The notes beneath the pieces were generated by a model. That model was not told the origin of the DNA. It saw nothing but the letters and a program-made list of their open reading frames with translations, and did not search any database. From Octopus vulgaris (Eukaryota), in NCBI GenBank assembly GCA_951406725.2, contig OX597834.1, positions 28,148,001 through 28,212,000 on the forward strand: a stretch of 64,000 bases of DNA, written 5' to 3'. Below, in pieces: positions 25,366 through 40,381 of the stretch. The position numbers and the translations under genes are program-made. The number at the start of each line of letters is the position of its first letter. Within the stretch, counting starts at the first letter, position 1.

Positions 25366-26173
25366 CGCACAAAATAGTATGTTAGCACTAGCTTAACTAA
25401 TCCCAGACTGGTCACTTTCCATAATTATTAGCTCTTAATCTGTTACTGTTGGGGCTCCAGTATACGATGAACCATACAGCGATGTTATGTCTAGCTAGAG
25501 TAAACCTGAGCAGCACTGACTAAGCAAGTTTGTTCTTCATTTCCTTTCCGTCCATAGCTTACCCCCATTTGAGGATTGAAAAAAAAAAGTTTACGTGGAA
25601 CCAAATAAGATTTGAACTCAAAACTAGAAGCTGGAAAAAGGATGCTGATAAACTGCTTATACCACTGAAGCTACCACCACAATCATCCACCACAAAGTAA
25701 GTAAAAATACAAGAGGAGCAAGCAATACGAACAAGTGGCAGGAAGCTGACCAGAATAATTAATATTAACCTAATTATCTAATTAGAAGAACTAGAGAGAG
25801 TTAATGAGCATGGCAAGATAATGTAATGATAGAGTAGTGGAGTGGAGTATGAGTGAAGCCTTAAAATGATGGAGTGGGAGTTAAGGTATGAGTAGAGAGA
25901 AGTGAAGTGGAAGGGAAGTAGAAAGCAAGGAAAGGAATCAAAAAGGAAGCCTCAAAGTTGGCGCTGGGGGGTGGGCAAAGGCTTCATGATATGCTAGAAG
26001 TAGCAGCCAAAAGTCTATTGGATCACACACAACCAAATTATTACTGGAATGACGCTTTACATAATAATGTATGTAATCATGGATAAGCATTGCCATAATT
26101 ACCAAAAGCTAATGACACCCTGCAAAGACATACCAACCACAACCTTCCCAAATAAATAAATATATATATATAT

Positions 26174-26565
26174 AGGCGCAGGAGTGGCTGTGTGGTAAGT
26201 AGCTTGCTTACCAACCACATGGTTCCGGGTTCAGTCCCACTGCGTGGCACCTTGGGCAAGTGTCTTCTGCTATAGCCCCAGGCCGACCAATGCCTTGTGA
26301 GTGGATTTGGTAGACGGAAACTGAAAGAAGCCCGTCGTATATATGTATATACATATATATGCGTGTGTGTGTTTGTCTTTGTCCCCCTAGCATTGCTTGA
26401 CAACCGATGCTGGTGTGTTTATGTCCCCGTTACTTAGCGGTTCGGCAAAAGAGACCGATAGAATAAGTACTGGGCTTACAAAAGAATAAGTCCCGGGGTC
26501 GAGTTACTCGACTAAAGGCGGTGCTGCAGCATGGCCACAGTCAAATGACTGAAACAAGTAAAAGA

Positions 26566-26567
<2 letters not shown>
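26174..26567 (+). mobile_element. SINE-A, full length, within (TA)n; older copy follows at about 26613-26960
   Basis: Matches the family from head to tail. Confidence 0.9.
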
Positions 26568-26616
<49 letters not shown>

Positions 26617-28605
26617 TGTATGGTTAAGAAGCTTGCTTTGCAACTACATGCTTTCAGGTTCAGTTTCACAGCACAGCTTCTTGGACAAGTGTTGTCTGTT
26701 ATAGATCGAGCTGACCAATGCATCGCAAATGAATTTGATAGATGGAGACACTGGGAGCTGTAGTGTGTGTGTGTGTGTGGCTTTTGTCCCACCACTGCTT
26801 AACAGTTCAGCAAAAGAAACCAACAGAAAAAGTACCAGACTTTCAGAAATATGTACTGATGGAAGAGGTGTGATTTCTTCAGCTAAAACCTTCAAGGTAG
26901 TGCCCCAGCATGGCTCCAGTCCAGTGACTGAAACAAGTAAAAGATTCAAAAGGTAAAAGATAAAAAGACATGTGTCTTTCGTTATCCTTTTCAGATGGTA
27001 GTTTGATTTGTGAAACATCTGGCTGCTATTTTTAGCAAGCTGAGAAACCACATACAGGCTTTTTGTTTTTTGATTTTCTTGGAAAATTTTTGCAGTTGTT
27101 TAGCTAACGCTATCCAGATACAAACCACCAGCACCAAGTCAGTCCTGACTGAAAAGACCTATGATCAAAACTATTCCAGCCATGACCATCCTTTCTTACA
27201 TATCAAGGACTATTGTTCAATGAGCCTTACCCTTTTTCTCTTTTAAGACAATATGGCTTGATTTGAGGAAGTTTTGCAGCTATTTCTAGCAGATCTAGCG
27301 ACCAATGTAGCTCTCTTATTGGTCCCATAAATACTGGCCAAGTCAGGTCAAATGCCAAAGGTTGGTTCAACTGCCCAGGCATCGCCCCACCCTCCACTAC
27401 CATAATGCCTTGTCCCAAAGTCAGATAAGGTGGTGGTAGTAGTAGTGGTAGTGCTGGTGGTAGTGGAAGCAGCAGCAGCACAATCATTAATGATTTTTTT
27501 ATTAGCCACAGGGGCTCAGCAAAAGCAAATAAAACAATATAAAATAACAAAAGATAGGAAGGAACACAATCATTAAGTAGTAGTAGTAGTAGTAGTAGTA
27601 GTAATAGTAGCAGTAGTGGTGGTAGTGGTGCTGCTGCTGCTAGGGGTATTGGTGGTAGTAGTAGTAGTAATAATAGTAGTAAGTCATTAATAAAATCATC
27701 AGTTGTAGTAGTTGTTGTTGTTGGTGGTGGTGGTGTTGTTGTAGCAGAGGCAGTGGTGGAGATGGTTGTGGTAGAAGCCATTATACAACTACTACACAGC
27801 ACAAACCATTAATAACACTAGTAGTAGTAGTAGTGGTAGGAGGAGGAAGAAGAGGAAGGAAAGGAGATGGATGCCATTAACGAAATGGGGGGAATGAAAA
27901 CAACTAAAAACAACAAAAACACCAACTGACAGGAAACTGCCCCCTCCCCCTCCCATCAACCCACCCACACACACACACTCACACACACAAACACACACAC
28001 ACTGACCTTAATTTTTAAAGACATCATAATGAAAATGGAGGTTGGAGAGAAGTCATTGTGATCCACCCCCTACTTCCTCTTCTATCTCACATTCATACAT
28101 TCACATATGCTACACACACACACAGACACACATTTTCACACATACACACACACACACACACACACGCGAGCGCATTTTCACACATACATACATTCACACC
28201 AGCACACATACACAGAGGTACACACACACACACACACACATAGAAGGGAGGAATGTACAAACCACATATGCATAAGTGTCTGTATATATATATATATATA
28301 CATACATACATAAATACACACAAGTATATATATATATATATATATACACACACATATATACACACATATATATACACACACATATATATACACACACACA
28401 CACATATATACACACACACATATATATACACACACATATACACACACACACACATATATATACACACACATGCACACAGAAAAAGAGAAACAAAAGGATA
28501 CACATACATTTAAACACACAGGAAATAGAAAAAAAAAAGCCTCACTCCCCTCGCCCCGCCCCCCACTAAAACAACAACTATCGCAACAACAACAACAAGC
28601 ATTAT

Positions 28606-28637
<32 letters not shown>

Positions 28638-28894
28638 TCATCATAGAGCCAACAACAACAAAAGCTAAAGTTTGAGAGCAAGTCAGCAGGTATATTGGTT
28701 AAGTAAACATTTATTGATAGGTCAAAGTGTGGTGGTGGTGGTGGTGGTGGTGGTGGTGGTGGTGGTGATGGTGGTGGTGGCAGTGTTGGTTGTTTAGCCC
28801 CAGGTCAGCCTTGATTCACCAGTCTTTCTCAAAGGCACTCCAGCTGTGACCATCACACACCCTCTTCAACAAACACTCTCTCACATGCTCCCTC

Positions 28895-28929
<35 letters not shown>

Positions 28930-29559
28930 TGAGGATATGGAATTGCTTTTTCAAAATTTCTTTTCTTGTGGGATCCAATTTGAATGAGATTTCGCTGCTA
29001 TATCTAGCAAACTGAGCGACCACATACAAGCTTCCACCACAACTTGTTGAATCCGTGTATGTATGAGAGAGTGTGTGTGTGTTTTGGAGTGGTTGTGTAG
29101 GTATAAAATAACTGAAGTGATGCTGTAAGCGGTGGTAACAGACACAGCTGTGTACTATGCAGTATAATGTGTGTGTGTGTGTGCGTGTGTATGTGTGTGT
29201 GTGTGTATGCAGAGAGACAGACAGACAGACATGTAGATAATTACACTCCATCAATTATGACAAGTGTTCCAGTTGATCTCAACCCATGGAACAGCTAGCA
29301 CGTGAAATTAACATGCAAGTGGTTGAATATTCCACAGACACACAAGCCCTTAACATAGTTCTCAGGGATATTCCAAGTGGACTGGTCCAACAAGGATGCA
29401 ACGCACGACCAGGAATTGAACTCATGATCTTACAATCATAAGCACCAAATACCCTAAACACAACGTGACGCATATAGATACAGCTAGATAACACACGTAC
29501 ACATGTGTTTGCATGCATACACACACACACACACAGTAAAGGTACACACACACACAGAA

Positions 29560-29900
29560 AAGGGTAAAGATCACCCCCACTTCTGTCATGAATGACCAAG
29601 GATTTGCACCAAGAAAATTCCCCTCCGAGGCACAAGTCTGGACAAGTTTGTTTATGGAAGACCAGCAGTCGCCCATGCATGCCAGCCTCCCCCTCTCCAT
29701 ACCACTGATGTTATCCAAGGAAAAGGCAAAGGGGCCAATACAGCTTGGCGTCAGTGATGTCACAACAAATTTCTACAGGTGAGTGAACTGGAGCAACATG
29801 AGATAAAGCATCTTACTCAAGAACACAACACACAGCCCAGTCTGGGAATCGAACTCACAACCTCATGTTTGAGCCCAACACTCTAACCACTGAGCCATGG
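29560..29900 (-). mobile_element. SINE-D copy
   Basis: Homologous to 43451-43776, with a TTTACC-type tail. Confidence 0.78.
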
Positions 29901-30009
29901 GCACCTTGTATAAAAAGGTAGTGAGCTGGTAAAATCATCAGCGCAGTGGAAAAATATTGGGTTGTCCGGAAAGTTCAAGCCAATTTATAGTAGCTTACCT
30001 TCTCTGCAG

Positions 30010-30250
30010 AAGTTAAGTTAATTTTTTGGCTCAAAAAGCAAAAAGCAAGGCCATGTAGGGGGACATGAAGTTATGTACAGGGTGGTGTTCATGCAAAGAG
30101 TTCAGGCCATTTGTGGTCAAGGGAGACTTTGAACCAAGCAGTCGTTGGCATCTTCACTATCTCGTCCGGCAGCTTATTCCACGGATCCGCAACCCGGACA
30201 GAGAAAGCCCCTCTCCTTCGATTGAGATGAAATCGTCGCAGATAGAGCTT
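30010..30250 (-). mobile_element. CR1-group LINE 3' fragment, same family as 10433-10917
   Basis: KLYLRRFHLNRRRGAFSVRVADPWNKLPDE and the same 3' UTR. Confidence 0.88.
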
Positions 30251-30437
30251 TAGTGTTAATGGTAAAAATTCCAATTCCTTGTGCAATGTGGGTTATTCTC
30301 AATTAATTGGCCTGGATGTCCCAAGTGGGTTGAGGGCAATATGGCATAGAAAGCAGCTAGTACTATAGGGGGGCTATGGCAATGGGTGAAAGCTGAAAGA
30401 ATTTACTTTGAATCTGGAGCAGTATTTTTAAAGCAAA

Positions 30438-30597
30438 TCTATATATATAAAACTGTAGTTGTGTGAGTGTCTGTCCCCTTCGATTTAGATTCCTAACTAC
30501 TCCCACATTTTGCGGTGCAGTTTAACCAAATTCGGGTATCTTAGTCATGATTCATATCGAGCCCTTCTGGGTATTAAGCGCGCGTCTACGATGAGTC
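30438..30597 (+). mobile_element. Helitron-like 5' fragment fused to a SINE-A fragment
   Basis: A|TCTATATATATAAAACTG...GTGTGAGTGTCTGTC start, typical of non-autonomous Helitrons. 3' end absent. Confidence 0.5.
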
Positions 30598-30888
30598 GGA
30601 TTTGGTAGACGGAAACTGAAAGAAGCCTGTCATATATATGTATATATATGTGTATGTATGTGTGTGTGTGTGTGTATGTGTGTGTGTGTTTGTTCCCCTA
30701 GCATTGCTTGACAACCGATGCTGGTGTGTTTACGTCCCCGTCACTTAGCGGTTCGGCAAAAAGAGACCGATAGAATAAGTACTGGGCTTACAAAGAATAA
30801 GTCCCGGGGTTGATTTGCTCAACTAAAGGTGGTGCTCCAGCATGGCCGCAGTCAAATGACTGAAACAAGTAAAAGAGTAAAAGAGTAA
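30598..30888 (+). mobile_element. SINE-A, 5'-truncated
   Basis: Begins GGATTTGGTAGACGG and has the family tail. Confidence 0.85.
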
Positions 30889-31617
30889 TAAGAGAAGATC
30901 TGTTTGCGCAGGCCATGCTTGCTACACCAAAATAATGCAATGAAAATTGATAATTCATACAATCTGCTCAAGCATATGCACATACACAGAGGAAAACTGA
31001 CAAAGACATACAGAGACAGCCAAACGGACATCTCTGATTATTCAACAATTTCAAAAATCAATGCTTCTTGTATAGTTTGCACTCTTTTCAACAGAAGATT
31101 GCCTGACAAGAGAAACATTGATGTTTTTTTTTTTATTACCAATGCCACACTGACTAACCTAAGTCTATCCATTGTGATAATCCCATTAATATTTTTTTTT
31201 TTTTTTTTTTAAAACAAAATAAAAATATCATAAAATAAAAATAAAATCAGTTCTGAAGCATTGAAAATAACTGAAAAAAAAAAAAAAAAAAAAGGAAAAA
31301 ATTCTGCTGCTATGAACACTTGAGATTGTTTATCTCACTGCACCAAGGCAACAGCTATCAATTAACATTAATATCACACTACGGATATTACGATGAAATA
31401 ATGAGTTTTTCTTTTACTTGTTTCAGCCATTTGACTGCCCTGAAGAGTTTTTAGTCGAAGAAATTGACCCTAGGAATTATTTTCTTTTTAAAGCCCAGTA
31501 CTTATTCTATTGTTCACTTTTGCTGAACTGCTAGGTTACAGGGACGTAAATACACCGACACTGGTTGTCAAATGATAGTGGGAGACAAACACAGAAACAA
31601 AGACACACACATGTAGA

Positions 31618-31866
31618 TGCCGGTGGTACGTAAAAAGCACCATCCGATCGTGGCCGTTTTCCAGCTTCGTCTGGCACCTGTGCAGGTGGCACGTAAAAAG
31701 CACCCACTACACTCATGGAGTGGTTGGCATTAGGAAGGGCATCCAGCTGTACAAACACTACCAGATCAGATTGGAGCCTGGTGCAGCCTTCTGGCTTCCC
31801 AGACCCCAGTTGAACTGTCCAACCCATGCTAGTATGGAAAATGGACATTAAATGATGATGATGATG

Positions 31867-31868
<2 letters not shown>
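31618..31868 (+). mobile_element. RTE LINE 3'-UTR fragment nested in an antisense SINE-A (about 31410-32062)
   Basis: Same family as 57601-57981. The host SINE halves continue on both sides. Confidence 0.8.
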
Positions 31869-31902
<34 letters not shown>

Positions 31903-34763
31903 AATAGGCAACTTTCAGTTACCATCTACCAAATCCATTCACAATGCTTTGGTCAGCCTGAAGCTATAGTAGAAAACACTTGCCCAAGGTGCCACACAGC
32001 GGGACTGAACCTGGAACCACGTGGATGGTAAGCAAGCTTCTTACTAAACAGCCACTCCTGCTGCTGGACAAAAGATACTAAGAAATTACTAGAATAGCTC
32101 ATGATTCTAAAGAATACACAAATAAAACAATCTTCATATGCCACACCCACAAGCATATAAAATAATAATGAAATTATTGTATACAGTGCTCAGGTGCACC
32201 ATAATAATAATATAATAATCAAGAACAATGGTTCCCAACTAGGGTTCATATGGGCCTATGGGAACCACATAAGATTTTGTTGTTAATGTTAGAGGATGCT
32301 AGGTGTGCCGCAGTTTAAACTGAATATAATTTTTTCCCCTATACTTTTAGTTATATTTTTAGTTCAGGTGTGCCACAGAATTTTGAAAAGAATATAAGTG
32401 TACCACAAGTGAAAAAAAGGTTGTAGAGCACTAAATATTTTGGTCTACAATACACAAAATATTTTAATAACTTTTTTTCTCATACAATTCCGAATAATAT
32501 ATAATTAAAAAAAATTTATGATTTTTTGACGTTGATAAAATTTATGATTTTATCGACATCAAATAGCTAGGAGGGTCCATCTGAGTTAAAATAGGAATCA
32601 AAAGGAGTCCACAGGTAAAAATAGCTGAGAAATATTGATCTAAACAAGCAACATAAACCGTACAAGATTAAGGCCAAATAGAAATAACACAACTCACATT
32701 TATTACACACGATGTCAACAGAACATACACCTGTATAAGAAGAAACAGGAAACGAAACCCCCATAACAAAAGAAACTGTTGCAGTACACCAACAGACGGG
32801 GTTTATACTATAATCTTCCAATCTTTGCAAAAATTAGAACACAAAGCTGCACATTCTTCAGGAACATGGATGCACAATGAATGGTGCAGAAGAAATTCAC
32901 ATGAAACTACAACAAAGAACTTCTTATAATAATAATAATAATAATAATAAGCCTTTCTACTATAGGCACAAAGGCTGACACACATGATTGGTAAACATAA
33001 AGGGACAAAACAGGACGAAAGGTTACAAAGGGTTTTGTCTGTTTGTGAAAAATTCGTGTAAACAACAGTGTAACAATGAAAATATTTAACAACGAAAAAC
33101 TCCCAACAACAATAATAACCCTTTCTACTATAGGGACAAGGCCTGTAATTTTGGAGGAGGGGAATAGTCAATTACAGTGCTTGGCTGGTACTTTTTTCCA
33201 TCAACCCCAAAAGGATGAAAGGCAAAGTCAACCTCAGTGGAATTTGAACTCAGAACATAAAGGCAGACAAAATGCCTCAAGGTATTTTGTCCAACATGCT
33301 AACAGTTCTGCCAGCTAGCCGCCTTAGCAATAATAATAATAATAATAATCCTTTCTACTAAAGGCACAAGGCCTGGCATTTTTCGGGAAGGGCTAGTTGA
33401 CTACATCGACCCCAGTGTTTCACTGGCACTTAATTTATTGACCCTGAACAGATGAAACACAAAGGTGACCCTTTCTACAATAATAATGATAATAACCATA
33501 GTTTCAAGACTTGTCACAAGGCCAGCAAGTTTATGGGAGGGGATAAGTCGATTACATTGACCCCAGTGTTCAGCTGGTACTATTTTATCGACTGTGAAAG
33601 GATGAAAGGTAAAGTCGACCTCAGCAGAATTTGAACTCAGAACGTAAAGCCAAAAGAAATACAGTAAGGCATTTGGTCTATCGAGTCAACCAACTCACTT
33701 CTCTTGATGATAATAATTATAGGCATGATGATGATGATGATGAGTTCTAACATAGTACAAATTTTGGAAGCAAAGGACAATGGGTTACAGTAGGAAGGAT
33801 AAGGGGCCAGTTGACTCTCAGAAAGGGGATTAGAGCATAAATTTAGGGAGGGAACTTTTAACTTAATTGCGTCACTGCTTCTACCACCACTTTCATCACT
33901 ATCACTACTGCTACCACAATACAAACACATCCACAGCTACTACCACAACCATCACCAGAACCACTAATGTCATCAACACCACCATCACCACCACATCGCA
34001 AACACCACCATCCTTAACCACCAAATAACCAGTGGCATCATTACTACCAGAGTTCATACCACCTCCACCACCATCACAATTCAAGTATCATTGCCGACAC
34101 TACCACCACCACAATCATAACCACTGCCATCACCACCATCACCACCACAACCACCACCACCATCACAACTCAAATATCATTGCCGACACTACCACCACCA
34201 CCACCACCACAATCATAACCACTGCCATCACAACCACCACAACCACCATCACCCAGCAACTGCTAGAAACTTAACTTTTATCGACCCTCATTCAGACTGA
34301 CGAAAGGCCAAGCTGACCTCGGAAACTAGAACACAGATTCTAAGGAGACACTATATTTCATTACAGCAGACCCCCACAGATATGACAGGTACTTAAATTC
34401 TTCTATTGACCCAGGAACTAACACCACTACTCATGTCTACCATCACAAAGAAAGGAATTGCTTGGGGAAAACAAGCATAAAATGGCATAACTAAATGCCG
34501 CAAGCCATTTTAAGTCCCATGCTCTAAAATAATCGACACTGCCACTTTCACAGCCTCCTTCCATGCCCACCATCACCATTTCCGAAGAAATAAATACATA
34601 AATAAATGAAATGTACATCTACATACATATGTATACATACATACATACACACACACATGCATACATACATACATACATACATGCATACACACACATACAT
34701 ACATACATACATTACATACATAAATACATACATACATACATAAATACATACACACACACACAC

Positions 34764-34794
<31 letters not shown>

Positions 34795-35528
34795 CATACA
34801 TAAATACATACACACACACACACATACATACATACAGAGATACATACATACACACACACATACATATATGCATGTGTGTGTGTGTATGTAAGTATGTAAG
34901 ATACATTCAATGCTAAGTTAATTATAACATGAAACGAATGGTAAAAATAGAAGAGGGAGAGGAGGAAGCGGAGAAGGAAAAGGAGGAGGGCAAGAAGGAG
35001 GAAGAAGAGGCGGTGGCAGGAGGTGGAGGGGGGAGAAGACAAAAGAGGAGAAAAAAACAGACACCGTTATTGCAATCAATGAAGTCAATTTGGATAGCAA
35101 ACCGCATAAAACAGTGATAGCACGGAGCTGAGAATACACTTCCCCACATGCATACACACCCTCATATACACATACACATACACACATGCATGTATATGTG
35201 AACACACTCTTGAACCTGTATGTAAATATATGTATATATATATATATGTGCATGTAAGAATATCTGAACATACATATACACATGTAGTCACTCATATCTA
35301 AGCAGACATCAAATACATATATACACATATATACATACATATGCAAATACATATAGATCAAACACACATAGACGTGTGTGTATACATGTATAATATATAT
35401 GCATTTGTGTATGCTCACATATGTACATTTGTATATATATATCTATATATATATAAAATACAAATGTACACATGACCATATATGTGTGTGTATACACGTG
35501 TTTATATATGTATATACATAAATTTATT

Positions 35529-35565
<37 letters not shown>

Positions 35566-35614
35566 GCATATGTGTTTATATATATGTATATATAAGTGCA
35601 TGTGTTTGTGTGTT

Positions 35615-35660
<46 letters not shown>

Positions 35661-36359
35661 GTAATTGCACATTTGTCAAATACACATGTATACACAAGTA
35701 CAAAAGTGTATAGTTTCAAATGTAATTATACATACAGGCGTGTATAGACGTCCACATACACCTAGATACCTCACGTGTATACATACACACATGCAAATAT
35801 GTATACTTACATATGCAAATGCCTTGCGTACATAAACAGTGCTACCATTACGAGCTATGGATACAATCAGCACTTGCCAAGGGGCATCACAAATTTAAGG
35901 GCCCAGCTATGATCTATGTATTTTGGGTCTGCCTTGAATAAATATTATAGGGCCTGGTGCACTGATTCTTCCAGGCACCCATAATGTATGTATATATGTC
36001 TATACAAATATACGCATGTGCATACATATACAAATGCATACACAAGCACATATATGTATACACACAAATGAATGTAAATAAGCTTGCACACACACACACA
36101 CACATAAACACAAATGTATACACATATACATGCACAGACAGACATAAGAGATTTTAGAGACACAGTATATATATATATATATATATAGACATGCACACAC
36201 AGGGTTGTATGTACACAACAGCCGCATATAAGATGAAATTTTAGACAACACATGCACACATACACACAGGCATATATTTATATATATGCATATACATGTA
36301 TATATAAACAAACTACATGTGCATGTGTGTGTATATATATATATGATGAGATTTACAGC

Positions 36360-36414
<55 letters not shown>

Positions 36415-36750
36415 GCATCCACAGGCACACTTACTGGAATATGCATATACACAGAGACATATACAAGATGAGATTTTAGACAGACTAAAACACACATGAA
36501 CATACACACTTACAGGCATGTGAGTGTATACACATACACACACTCACGTGCGCACGCACACCATCCTGTGATCTGTGTCAAACTCTGCACTTCACATCAC
36601 ATGTATGTTACATACGTCACTAAGTTCACATTTGCAGGTGGCAGTAAAGTCAATCATGTGACTATATAAAATGCTGGCTTTGGAAGGGCTGTCGTCAGAA
36701 GCTGAATGAGAACATTAAGTGTTGGAGGTTATAAATGTGTGGCCATGTCC

Positions 36751-36979
36751 CGAGCTGGCAGAAACATTAGCACGCCGGGCGAAATGCTTAGCGGTATTTC
36801 GTCTGCGCTACGTTGTGAGTTCAAATTTCGCCGAGGTCGACTTTGCCTTTCATCCTTTCGGGGTCGATAAATTAAGTACCAGTTACGCACTGGGGGTCGA
36901 TGTAATCGACTTAAGACCTATGTCTGTTCTTGTTTGTCCCCTCTGTGTTTAGCCCCTTGTGGGTAATAAAGAAATAGGT
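36751..36979 (+). mobile_element. SINE-B monomer
   Basis: Matches the family head and one unit. No TSD found. Confidence 0.85.
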
Positions 36980-37329
36980 AAGTCAACCACCAGTAGTCCC
37001 ACCAAAGATCAACTCTATGCAATGTCATTCATCCTGAACAGAGTGATCGGATGTGTGTAGTATGTGAAAGGGCTTACGCACATGGCAGTTCACAGGGATT
37101 CATATCTGATAAAGTGACCTGATTAATCCAGTGGAAGTTACAACTTTTGTTGGGTCACCTATGCTTCAAAACCATGAAGTGAGATTGAGCAGTCAGTCAT
37201 TTGAGAGGTCATGGATGGAACGTCAGAAATGCCATTCACAATGAAGAAGCTTAGAGAGAAGGCAATCATTTGTATAGATGGAGCAGACACCACACACGCA
37301 CACAGACAGACACACACATACACGTTTTA

Positions 37330-38027
37330 CCATTTACTTGTTTCAGTCATTAGACAGAGGCCATGCTAGAGCACTGCTTTGAAGAATTTTAGTTGAACGA
37401 ATCAACCTAAATACTTATTTCTTAAACCTGATATTTTTCCAGTCAGTCTCTTTTGCTGAGCTGCTTAGTTACAGAGACATAAACACACCAATATCGGTTA
37501 TCAAGTGATGGTGTGATGGGGACAAACATACAGAAAGACACACACACAAACACACATACATACAACAGGCTTCTGTCAGTTCCCATCTACAAAATCCACC
37601 CACAAGGCTTTGGTTGGCCCAAGGCTAAGGGAGAAGACACTTGCCCAAAGTGCCATAAAAATTATAGCGTAGGAGTTGCCGTGTGGTAAGTAGCTTGCTT
37701 ACGAACTACATGGTTCTGGGTTCAGTCCCACTGCATAGCACCTTGGGCAAGTGTCTTCTACTATAGCCTCGGGCCAACCAAAGCCTTGTGAGTGGATTTG
37801 GTAGACGGAAACTGAAAGAAGCCCGTCGTGTGTGTGTGTTTGTGTGTCTGTGTTTGTCCCTCCAACATCGATTGACAACCGATGCTGGTGTGTTTACGTC
37901 ACCGTAACTTAGCAGTTCAGCAAAGGAAACCAATAGAATAAGTACTAGGCTTACAAAGAATAAGTGCTCCACTAGAGGCAGTGCTCCAGCATGGCCACAG
38001 TCAAATGACTGAAACAAGTAAAAGAGT
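37330..38027. mobile_element. Head-to-head SINE-A pair (minus about 37330-37655, plus about 37667-38027)
   Basis: Two opposite-orientation copies separated by about 10 nt. Confidence 0.8.
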
Positions 38028-38177
38028 ATATTGCATTGTAGTTAAAATAACAATCTATAAACATACATTGTGTGTGGTCTTATAAAAGGGTTTATATTTA
38101 ACTGGTAGCAGGGAGTCTGGTGAGGGGGACAGAATCAAGAACATTATAGGGGGTCAGGAATGTTTGACCAGCAAAAC

Positions 38178-38227
<50 letters not shown>

Positions 38228-38566
38228 CATACAAAATAATTAATCTTTAGCTATTACAGATGTTTCATCAATGTGCATGTGTGTATATTCATATGTATAT
38301 ATATATACATCTTCACACATATACACATTTCGATAAATATACAGACACATGCAGACATACACACATAAGTAAATACAAACACACACATTCACATATATAC
38401 ATACACACAAATCTAATCACACACATGCACATGAAAATACTTATACATAAACATACACACAAACACACAGACACACATATACATATATCCAGTCATACAC
38501 ACATCCCATCTCAAATACAAACAGTCACACATACAGACATACACATGCATACAGACACAAACATGC

Positions 38567-38611
<45 letters not shown>

Positions 38612-39708
38612 TTAATATGGAGTAAAAACAAACAGGTCCCAACATCAATAAACTGTAGTACATAGATATACCATACATCAGCTGTCAGGAGGTCACAGAT
38701 GAGGTCAACGGTCAGAGTCTAATCACCAGTCTGGTTTAATATCTAAAACATGTGCTCTATGCCCCACAGACACCTCAATACAAAGTCAGTATACGTGGGG
38801 TAGGGGTGGAGGAATCCCACCCCCATGTCAAAGGGGCTATTCAGAGAAACCTAAACAATATACATATATATAAATACCCCACCTCCAGCTGGTGGTGGTG
38901 ACCCTAGGTGGTCACCTGACCTACTCAAAATAGCAGCCAAATACCCCTCATATACATATGGAAAAGTCATGGCAGGGATGTGACTAGAAAGGTCAGGGCT
39001 GCACTAGAGTTAAACAATAACAACAACCAGGCTTGGGGCCTGGAATTTTGGGGAGTGTGGGGAGGTGTAGTTGATTAAACTGAATTCATGTTAATTTATT
39101 TTGCTGACCCTAAAGGGATAAATGGCAAAGCTGACCTCAGTGCAATTTGAACTCAGAATGTAAAGAGATGGAACAAAAATACAGCAAGACATTTTGTCTG
39201 ACACTCAGGATTCAAGCTGTCCACTGTCATATTTTGAACATAAGCAAGATGTTGGAAATTTGAGGGAAGAGGGTGGTCACTTATATGGACCCCTGGTATT
39301 TGATTGGTGTGGGTGAAGAGCAAAGTTGACCTCCATGGCTTTTGAACTCAGAATGTAAAGATTTGGAGCAAACACTGCAAAACATTTCGTCTGATTCCCT
39401 AATAATTCAGGCACCCATTGCAGTTGCTTCTAACACAAGAAAGATGTCAAGAATTTGAGGAGAGGTAAAGTCAGTTATATCAACCTCAATAAATGACCGG
39501 TACCTTATTTCATCCATACTAAAAGGATGAAGGGTAAAGTTGATTTCAGTGGCATTTGAACTCAGAATATGAAGGGCCAAACCAGATACTTCATGACATT
39601 TTGTCCTACACTCTAATGATTCATGCAGTCCACTACCCTTGTTTTTTATTAAGTCATTGGTTCTCAATAAGGGTCCATGTGACCCTTGGTGGGCCATATA
39701 AGAATTTG

Positions 39709-40381
39709 GTATCTTTACCTTTTGACCAACAGATTTAAAAAATAATTTTTTGTAACTAAACACTTTCAAACTTCGTATACTTGTAGAATGTGTCACATAA
39801 AACATCTTTTACTCTTGGCGTTGTTGAGAAAATTCTGTATTTTGGAAGTTATTTCTTGTTAAAGTTGTCTTATTTTGGTAATTTCAACCAATCAATGATG
39901 TGTATTCAGCTGAATAAAATTACTGCTGTTGTTTGTCAACAACTTCCGGTGGTGTATATTTCGTTTGTCACTGTTATTTATGACATCGTTCGTGCGTTTG
40001 TACTGGTTCTAGCTTTAAGGTTTTAAGGTTAGGGTTTTAGGGTTAGGGTTATGCTTCAGATACACTCATTTATTCATATATACGTAACTAAGATGAAATA
40101 TTTCATAAATAACAGTGACAAACAAAATATACACCACCGGAAGTTGTTGTTGATAAACAACAGCAGTAATTTTATTCAGCTGAATACACGTCATTGATTG
40201 GTTGAAATTACCAAAATACGACAACTTTAACAAGAAATAACCTCCAAAATACAGAATTTTCTCAACAACGCCAAGAGTAAAAGATGTTTTGTGTGACACA
40301 TTCTACAAGTATACCAAGTTTGAAAGTGTTTAGTCAAAAAAAAATTATTTTTTAAATCTGTCAGTCAAAAGGTAAAGATCC
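39709..40381. mobile_element. Fold-back (long-TIR) non-autonomous DNA element
   Basis: Inverted arms of about 275 bp (39711-39983 and 40103-40379) around a 119-nt spacer containing TTAGGG-like repeats. Flanked by AGAATTT and AGATTTT. Confidence 0.85.

Noticed and set aside
31200-31300. Poly-T plus CAG acceptor on the minus strand at 31271
   Set aside because: Followed by low-complexity AT-rich sequence with an early stop and no donor.
40015-40052. Telomere or telomere-fusion site
   Set aside because: Only a few degenerate TTAGGG units, internal to a transposon spacer.
39790-40299. Two similar ORFs (MSHKTSFTLG...) on opposite strands
   Set aside because: By-product of the inverted arms of the fold-back element.
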